Shown: positions 58,584-64,000 of the stretch, in pieces
Layout of the letters: every line of letters starts with the position of its first letter
Numbering within the stretch: the first letter of the stretch is position 1
Source: an uncultured cyanobacterium
GTDB lineage: Bacteria > Cyanobacteriota > Cyanobacteriia > CAKZMO01
Length of the DNA: 64,000 bases
Assembly: GCA_963719515.1 (NCBI GenBank)
Contig: CAVRCJ010000010.1
Location: forward strand, 224,001 to 288,000
Direction: 5' to 3'
Program-made: the position numbers and the translations under genes
The notes under the pieces: model-generated
Told to the model about the DNA's origin: nothing
Seen by the model: the letters and a program-made list of their open reading frames with translations, nothing else
The model's database searches: none

Positions 58584-59162
58584 TTAGCCCTTCACCACCG
58601 TAACGAGCTGCTCGACCTGACGACGGAACGATTGAATTCCCCCGTGAACTCGGGCGATCAGCAGCCCGCCCTGCAGGGACGCGAATGTTAAGGCTGACAG
58701 CGCTTCCACGTCACCCTTGAAGCCGAAATCGCCGGTTTGCTTGCCCTCGTTTAGAATGAGTCCTAGCCGAGCTTCGTTGTCCTGGTAAAACTCGCGAACT
58801 CGCTCTCCCGAGGGATGATTGAGGCTCGCCAGCTCAGCCCCGAGCATGCCGCAGAGACAGGCTTTGTCTTGGTCGCCGCTGCTGAGGGTCGTCTCAAACA
58901 GGGCACAGTAGCGACGTAGCTTAACTTCCGGCGACTCATTGTCGGCAGTGATGCCGTCTACGAGCCGAAAGAAGCGATCGCTATAGCGGTCGACCAGGGC
59001 CGCAATCAAGTCATCCTTTTTGGGAAAATGCGTGTGAATGCTGGCCTTGCGAATACCAACCGCTTCGCTGATGTCCTTGTAGCTCATTCCATTGACGCCG
59101 AGACGTTGAATGAGATCTTGAGCGACGTCAAGAATCTGCGTTTTGGTATCCGGCTGCGTCAT
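58584..59162 (-). CDS. TetR/AcrR family regulator (NemR-like)
   Basis: HTH SYKDISEAVGIRKASIHTHF; C-terminal domain with CLCG. Confidence 0.93.
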   Translation of the reverse strand: MTQPDTKTQILDVAQDLIQRLGVNGMSYKDISEAVGIRKASIHTHFPKKDDLIAALVDRYSDRFFRLVDGITADNESPEVKLRRYCALFETTLSSGDQDKACLCGMLGAELASLNHPSGERVREFYQDNEARLGLILNEGKQTGDFGFKGDVEALSALTFASLQGGLLIARVHGGIQSFRRQVEQLVTVVKG

Positions 59163-59168
59163 GCTGAT

Positions 59169-59197
59169 ATCCTACCTATAGGTAGCTCGGTCGTCAA
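59169..59197 (-). promoter_or_regulatory. tetR promoter (TTGACG-N17-TAGGAT) with palindromic operator CTACCTATAGGTAG (59172-59185); predicted leaderless transcript
   Basis: Perfect 14-bp palindrome in the spacer/-10 region; 6 nt separate the -10 from the ATG. Confidence 0.75.
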
Positions 59198-59262
59198 GCA
59201 ATTTCTTAAAGTATCGGCGAGGCCGACCCACCACCCTCCTACGCGCAACCCCTGCAAAGTGT

Positions 59263-59598
59263 TCAAGGCGTATCTGTAACGGGCTCAGTCACTTCGTCAC
59301 GTGCTAACTCCGGCAATGGCTCCGGCTCGGCTTCCGGCCGCTTCATCTCACCTAGCGGAATTGGCTCTAGCGGCACCTTGGTTTCAACGGCAGCCTCGAT
59401 GGCGGACGTCTCAGCGGCGACTGCATCGGCTTTCCGGTCAGATACAGCCTTGGCCCGCTCTGCCTTGACAACCACCGGCTGCTGACTGGGGTCGCACCGC
59501 CGCCACAGGCCCACAAGCCCTAGCGTGAAGCCGAGAGACAGGTAGCCACCGCCTGCGGCTAGGATCAAATCAAAAAGAAGCGTAAGGTTGTCTTGCAT
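59263..59598 (-). CDS. Hypothetical protein with N-terminal TM helix and acidic tail
   Basis: 111-aa ORF filling the intergenic space, co-oriented with neighbours. Confidence 0.6.
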   Translation of the reverse strand: MQDNLTLLFDLILAAGGGYLSLGFTLGLVGLWRRCDPSQQPVVVKAERAKAVSDRKADAVAAETSAIEAAVETKVPLEPIPLGEMKRPEAEPEPLPELARDEVTEPVTDTP

Positions 59599-59687
59599 AG
59601 CGCCCCCGATAATCAGCGACTGCTGGAATCAATCGATGTGATGTGATCCCAGCATATCAGCTCATCAGGGCTAGCTATAGACCCGAG

Positions 59688-60365
59688 CTAGCCTGTATAG
59701 GCTGTGGCGATGGTATCCACGAAGATGTTCTTCGCGTAGGGGAGTCGTCCAGGATTGTCGCGGGGTTCGGCTTTGTAGCCCACAGGCACCACAACGGCGA
59801 TCGCCAGGTCGGTGCCCTCAGCGCCAATCACGCTCATCACCTTGTCTTCGACCCAGCCATTCATAAAGCAGGTAGATAGACCCAGGCTCTCCGCCGCTAA
59901 GGTCAGCTGAGTGGCGGCAATCATGGCATCCTTGACGGCAAACTCACGGTTTTTCGCCCCTAGGTTTTCCTGAAATTGGGGAATAGTCTTTTTGAAATAG
60001 TTGACCGTCCCCTCGCTCCAAGCGCCGCGCTCTAGCGCCTCGCTGTAGATCTTTTCCATGGTCTCTTCGTCCTTCCAGGCGTAGGGCGCTGCCGCGAATA
60101 CGAAGGTAACGGGCGCTTGGGTAATCATCTCTTGATTAAAGGCTGCCTCACAGAGGGCTTTCTTTTTCTCTTCGCTCTGTACCAAAACGATGCGCCAGTC
60201 TTGGAGGTTCCAGCTGCTAGGCGCAGCAACGGTGAGATCGACGAGCTGTTTTAAAAGATCGTCTGGAATTGGGTCGCTGGCGAAACTCTTGATGGAGCGG
60301 CGATTGGCGATCGCCGTGGGCACGTCCAGCGGAGTTGCGCGTCGATCTTCAGCAGATAGGGTCAT
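59688..60365 (-). CDS. Nitroreductase family protein
   Basis: RRSIKSF, APSSWNLQDW, LAAESLGLSTC. Confidence 0.92.
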   Translation of the reverse strand: MTLSAEDRRATPLDVPTAIANRRSIKSFASDPIPDDLLKQLVDLTVAAPSSWNLQDWRIVLVQSEEKKKALCEAAFNQEMITQAPVTFVFAAAPYAWKDEETMEKIYSEALERGAWSEGTVNYFKKTIPQFQENLGAKNREFAVKDAMIAATQLTLAAESLGLSTCFMNGWVEDKVMSVIGAEGTDLAIAVVVPVGYKAEPRDNPGRLPYAKNIFVDTIATAYTG

Positions 60366-60483
60366 GGGTATTTCCTTTGCGGTGACTCGCTTAGGATTCT
60401 AGACAATTTTTTGCGGGGCGGCATATTCTTTAGGCAGCGCTGCGGCCTTTTTACCAAAAATCATGGGTCTAAAGCCCCGTCCT

Positions 60484-60624
60484 TCAGGACGGCTTCTCTA
60501 AATGTAGGCGATCTATCCAATCTTCTACCAGTTGAGTCATGGTCTTGTCCCTCTCTTTTGCAATCGCCCTAAGCTTTTGCAATCTTTTAATAGAGACTCT
60601 TAAATTAAGCTGTCCTTTTGCCAT
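60484..60624 (-). CDS. 46-aa ribbon-helix-helix (CopG/Arc-like) protein inside the IS, divergent from tnpB; not in the ORF track
   Basis: Manual translation MAKGQLNLRVSIKRLQKLRAIAKERDKTMTQLVEDWIDRLHLEKPS: alternating beta-strand QLNLRV, helix, turn, second helix. Confidence 0.75.
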   Translation of the reverse strand: MAKGQLNLRVSIKRLQKLRAIAKERDKTMTQLVEDWIDRLHLEKPS

Positions 60625-60667
60625 ACTGCCTACACAATGCCTACGCATCTATGCTAACATAAACAGT

Positions 60668-61792
60668 ATGAGAACATTGAAGTTTAAGATATACGAGCAC
60701 AAGCGGAACCGGCACCTAAAGCGCACTATTAATGCTGCTGGGGTGATTTGGAACCACTGCATTGCTCTCCACAAACGGTACTACCGTATGTGGGGCAAAC
60801 ACCTCAATTGCTCTAAACTTCAGTCTCATATTGCCAAGCTACGGAGGCGCAATCCGTTTTGGCAGTTGGTGGGGTCTCAGGCTGTGCAGGACATCTGCCA
60901 GCGAATTGAAAAGGCATACCAGCTGTTCTTTAAGCATCACGGCAAAGGCTATAGGCCGCCTAGCTTTCAGAAGGTAAGGCGATACAAGTCGTTCACCCTA
61001 AAACAGGCGGGATACAAGCTGCTCAATGGTGGTCGTATCAAGATAGGCAGCAGGGTCTACCAGTATTGGAATTCAAGGGAGATAGAGGGCAAGGTTAAGA
61101 CCGTCACGGTGAAGCGATCGCCTTTGGGTGAGCTGTTTTTAGCCGTTGTGGTGGACCAGGAAGCTGAACCAGTTCAAGGCATCGAGACGGGTAAAACCGC
61201 TGGTGCTGATTTTGGACTGAAGACGTTTCTCACTTTGTCAGATGGTACTCAAATCGAGTCTCCTGAATTCCTGAAAGCATCGCTCAAAGACCTTTGCCGA
61301 GCTAGCCGCAACCTATCGCGCAAGCGAAAAAAGTCGGCAAACTGGCACAGGGCAAGACTAAATCTAGCTCGCTGCCATGAGGCCATAGCCAATAGGCGAC
61401 GAGATTGGTTTTGGAAGCTTGCCCACCGGCTAACCGATACCTACGATGCGCTCTACTTTGAGACGCTGAACCTGAAAGGGATGCAGCGGCTATGGGGCCG
61501 GAAGATATCGGACCTAGCCCTAGCTGAATTTCTCGAAATCCTTCAGTGGGTGGCAAAGAAGAAAGGCAAGACCGTAGCATTCATCGACCAGTGGTATCCC
61601 AGCTCTAAAACTTGTAGCTGTTGTGGGCACGTACTGAAGGAGTTAGATCTAAAACAACGGCAGTGGGATTGCCCTATTTGCAACGAACATCACGATCGAG
61701 ACTTGAATGCTGCAATAAACATTCAACGGGTTGGGGCGTCAACCCGTGGGCTAGGCGATGTCAGACAGGCTCAGCCTGCGATCGCTGCTTGA
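60668..61792 (+). CDS. tnpB: RNA-guided endonuclease TnpB
   Basis: RuvC triad ADFGL / FETLNL / DRDLNAAINI, zinc finger CSCC...CPIC; start at MRTLKFK. Confidence 0.95.
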   Translation: MRTLKFKIYEHKRNRHLKRTINAAGVIWNHCIALHKRYYRMWGKHLNCSKLQSHIAKLRRRNPFWQLVGSQAVQDICQRIEKAYQLFFKHHGKGYRPPSFQKVRRYKSFTLKQAGYKLLNGGRIKIGSRVYQYWNSREIEGKVKTVTVKRSPLGELFLAVVVDQEAEPVQGIETGKTAGADFGLKTFLTLSDGTQIESPEFLKASLKDLCRASRNLSRKRKKSANWHRARLNLARCHEAIANRRRDWFWKLAHRLTDTYDALYFETLNLKGMQRLWGRKISDLALAEFLEILQWVAKKKGKTVAFIDQWYPSSKTCSCCGHVLKELDLKQRQWDCPICNEHHDRDLNAAINIQRVGASTRGLGDVRQAQPAIAA

Positions 61793-61850
61793 TTCCAGAA
61801 TCCCCGCTCTTCAGGGCGGGGAGTACGTCAAAATTACAGAGCGCGGATCC
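61640..61850 (+). ncRNA. Putative TnpB omega/reRNA (scaffold over the tnpB 3' end and right end; guide starts at 61832, AATTACAGAGCGCGGATCC); 5' boundary approximate
   Basis: Inferred from the established architecture of IS200/IS605 TnpB loci and the right-end hairpin ending in TCAA. Confidence 0.55.
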
Positions 61851-63207
61851 ACAGCTCCCGGGCCGCCTCTTGTGTCTCATGGACCAGCGCCTCTAAATCA
61901 AACCGGGTGAATTTTCCCTTCTCAATGACCCGCTCCCCGTCGATAACGCTGTAGCTCACCTGAGGCGGCTGACAGAACACCAGCGCGGCCACCGGGTCGT
62001 GGCACCCAGCAAAGGTGGGCTGGTCCAAATCAAAGGCAACAAAATCTGCCGCCAGTCCCGGTGCTAAGCACCCCACATCGTCGCGGCCCAGCACCTTGGC
62101 GCCGCCCAGAGTCGCCAGCTCTAGCGCCTGCCGCGCCGTCATAGCAGCGGCGTCTCCCTCGCGCACCCGCGCCAGCAAAAACGCCGTGCGGGCCTCGCTC
62201 AGCAGGTGGGTGGCGTCGTTGGATGCGGCCCCGTCTACCCCCAGCCCCACCGAGACACCCTGGTCGAGCATCTTGCGGATGGGGGCAATGCCGCTGGCCA
62301 GTCGGCAGTTGCTGCAGGGGCAGTGGGCCACCCCCGTACCCGTGCGGGCGAATTTCTCGATGCTGCGATCGCTCAGCTGCACGCAGTGGGCGTGCCACAC
62401 ATCTTCTCCGACCCAGCCCACCGACTCTGCATAATCTCCGGGGGTAAGGCCAAACTTCTCTTGGCTATAGGCCACATCTCCCAAGCTCTCTGCCAAATGG
62501 GTATGCAGACGCACCTGGTCGTAGCTCCGGGCTAGGGCCGCTGACTCTCGCATCAGGTCTTGGGAAACTGAAAACGGAGAGCAGGGGGCTAGCACGATGC
62601 GCAGCATGGCGCAGGGGGCGCTGTCGTGGTACTGATCAATCAGCCGCTGGCTGTCTTTGAGAATATCGGCCTCATTCTCCACCACCGAATCTGGCGGCAG
62701 GCCGCCTTGGCTTTGCCCGACGCTCATGCTGCCCCGGCTGGCGTGAAAGCGCAGCCCCATCTCCTGCACGGCGCGAATCTCATCGTCTAGCCTGCAGTCG
62801 TTGGGGAAGATATAGAGGTGGTCGCTGGCGGTGGTGCAGCCCGAGAGCATCAGCTCGGCGGCGGCCATCTGGGCGCTGACGGCGATATCGCTGGCGGTAA
62901 GATGGGCCCAAATGGGGTAAAGACCCTGTAGCCAGGAAAACAGATCGCCGTCTTGCACCGCCGGCACCGCGCGGGTGAGGGTCTGGTAAAAGTGGTGGTG
63001 GGTGTTGATCAGTCCGGGAAGCACAAGGTGGCGATCGCCTAAATCCAGTACCTCATCGGCCTGGTCCGCCATCGCGGCTAGCGCCGCCGTGGTTCCCACC
63101 TGCTCAATCACGTTGTCGCGCAGAAAGAGCGCCCCGTGGCGAATTTCCTCGCGATCGCGGTTCATCGTGACGAGGGTATGGATGTTTTGCACTAGGCAGG
63201 TCGTCAT
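61834..63207 (-). CDS. 8-oxoguanine deaminase-like amidohydrolase
   Basis: NTHHHFYQTLTR, APCSPFSV, HTHLAE, AHCPCSN, GVDGAASND. Confidence 0.9.
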   Translation of the reverse strand: MTTCLVQNIHTLVTMNRDREEIRHGALFLRDNVIEQVGTTAALAAMADQADEVLDLGDRHLVLPGLINTHHHFYQTLTRAVPAVQDGDLFSWLQGLYPIWAHLTASDIAVSAQMAAAELMLSGCTTASDHLYIFPNDCRLDDEIRAVQEMGLRFHASRGSMSVGQSQGGLPPDSVVENEADILKDSQRLIDQYHDSAPCAMLRIVLAPCSPFSVSQDLMRESAALARSYDQVRLHTHLAESLGDVAYSQEKFGLTPGDYAESVGWVGEDVWHAHCVQLSDRSIEKFARTGTGVAHCPCSNCRLASGIAPIRKMLDQGVSVGLGVDGAASNDATHLLSEARTAFLLARVREGDAAAMTARQALELATLGGAKVLGRDDVGCLAPGLAADFVAFDLDQPTFAGCHDPVAALVFCQPPQVSYSVIDGERVIEKGKFTRFDLEALVHETQEAARELWIRAL

Positions 63208-63707
63208 GGCGAAGAAACTAGAGCGTCAAGGCGCAGGCGGGCAATCTCGGCAATTTGGTCGAGGGCAGTGGTCTGCTCAACCGCCGGACTGTTTTGCAGA
63301 CGCTGCTCTAGGGCCGCGAGAATGCCTTCTTTCGTATGGTGCTTGACCGCAATGATGAAGGGGAAGCCGAACGCTTCGGTGTAGGTCTGGTTGAGCTGCT
63401 TGAGGGTATCAAACTCAGCGGGCGTCAGCCGGTCTAGCCCCACCGACGCCTGCTCCTCCACAGAAGCGTCGGCCATCTTGGCGGCGCTGCCCAAGTCGGG
63501 GTGGGCCCGAATCAGCGCGAGCTGCTGCGCGGGGGGGAGCGATCGCATTACCGCCACCATCGCGCCGTGGAGGGCGGCGAGACTTTCGAAAGGGCGCTGG
63601 GACCAGGCTGCACCCGCAATCTCCGGCGTGTGCTCAAACAGATGGCCCAGCGCCTCCACAAAAGCCGGACGATCCATTTGGTTGATAGCGGATAACGAAT
63701 AGCCCAT
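63204..63707 (-). CDS. uraD: OHCU decarboxylase
   Basis: FEHTP, LIRAHPDL, SVEEQ, FGFPFIIAV, IARLRL; start at MGYSLS. Confidence 0.92.
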   Translation of the reverse strand: MGYSLSAINQMDRPAFVEALGHLFEHTPEIAGAAWSQRPFESLAALHGAMVAVMRSLPPAQQLALIRAHPDLGSAAKMADASVEEQASVGLDRLTPAEFDTLKQLNQTYTEAFGFPFIIAVKHHTKEGILAALEQRLQNSPAVEQTTALDQIAEIARLRLDALVSSP

Positions 63708-63744
63708 GGAGACGCAGTCCAATCGCTTAAGTGCCGGCAGGCCG

Positions 63745-64000
63745 TTACTCACGCCGTCCCGGCAGCACCAGGTTCAAAACCAGGGCGGTGATGCCACCTG
63801 TGCTGATGCCGGAGGAAAAGATGCTTTTGACTAGCGTCGGCATCTGATCTAGCAGGTCGGGCACCACGCTGACGCCCAACCCTAAACCGAGGGAAGTTGC
63901 AAGAATAATGGACGAGCGCTTCGTGAGATTGACGCAGGAAATGATCTTCAGCCCCGCCACCGCCACCGTACCAAACATAATGATGGTCGCCCCACCCAGC
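63745..64000 (-). CDS. NCS2 xanthine/uracil permease, C-terminal part (runs off the window)
   Basis: LGGATIIMFGTVAVAG, SLGLGLG, SGISTGG, LNLVLP. Confidence 0.88.
   Translation of the reverse strand, partial: LGGATIIMFGTVAVAGLKIISCVNLTKRSSIILATSLGLGLGVSVVPDLLDQMPTLVKSIFSSGISTGGITALVLNLVLPGRRE

Larger units (their letters stand above)
60455..61831 (+). mobile_element. IS200/IS605-family element lacking tnpA (IS1341-like), inserted 3' of TTAC
   Basis: Left end TTAC|CAAAA...AAAG-CCCCGTCCTTCAGGACGG hairpin; right end GAAT-CCCCGCTCTTCAGGGCGGGG-AGTACG-TCAA; no target duplication. Confidence 0.92.
1750..63546. repeat. Dispersed HIP1 octamer GCGATCGC
   Basis: Dozens of copies across the window, mostly inside coding regions. 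Confidence 0.95.

Noticed and set aside
60539..60667. 43-aa N-terminal extension of TnpB in the ORF track
   Set aside because: Overlaps the RHH ORF and promoter; typical TnpB sequence begins at ATG 60668

Overview
Chromosomal window from a cyanobacterium: the HIP1 octamer GCGATCGC is abundant, and the gene set includes sigG/anti-sigma, DUF928/CHAT/CHASE2, DUF4114 and a Uma2 remnant. Housekeeping genes (mfd, lepB, pyrC, leuS, msrP) are interleaved with accessory blocks. These blocks are: a VOC/PNPOx-like pair; a large beta-helix surface protein with a 90-bp tandem-repeat stalk; a DUF1611 + PLP-racemase cassette; a tandem alpha/beta hydrolase; a ~20-kb minus-strand glycan synthesis/modification cluster; an MNT-HEPN toxin-antitoxin pair; an FHA-like/TPR-CHAT/DUF928/CHASE2 hybrid-kinase module; a TetR-redox operon; an IS200/IS605-family tnpB element; and the end of a purine catabolism operon. 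The most notable observations are (i) a tnpB element with IS608-like ends in which an unannotated 46-aa ribbon-helix-helix ORF sits in place of tnpA, (ii) the putative extracytoplasmic caspase-like protease signalling module, (iii) a CMP-sugar pathway without a NeuB-type synthase, next to a 1879-aa double-DUF115 protein with a 21-bp heptad-repeat spacer, and (iv) a TetR-type operator/promoter duplicated 57 kb apart. All product calls come from motif recognition by eye; no database searches were run.
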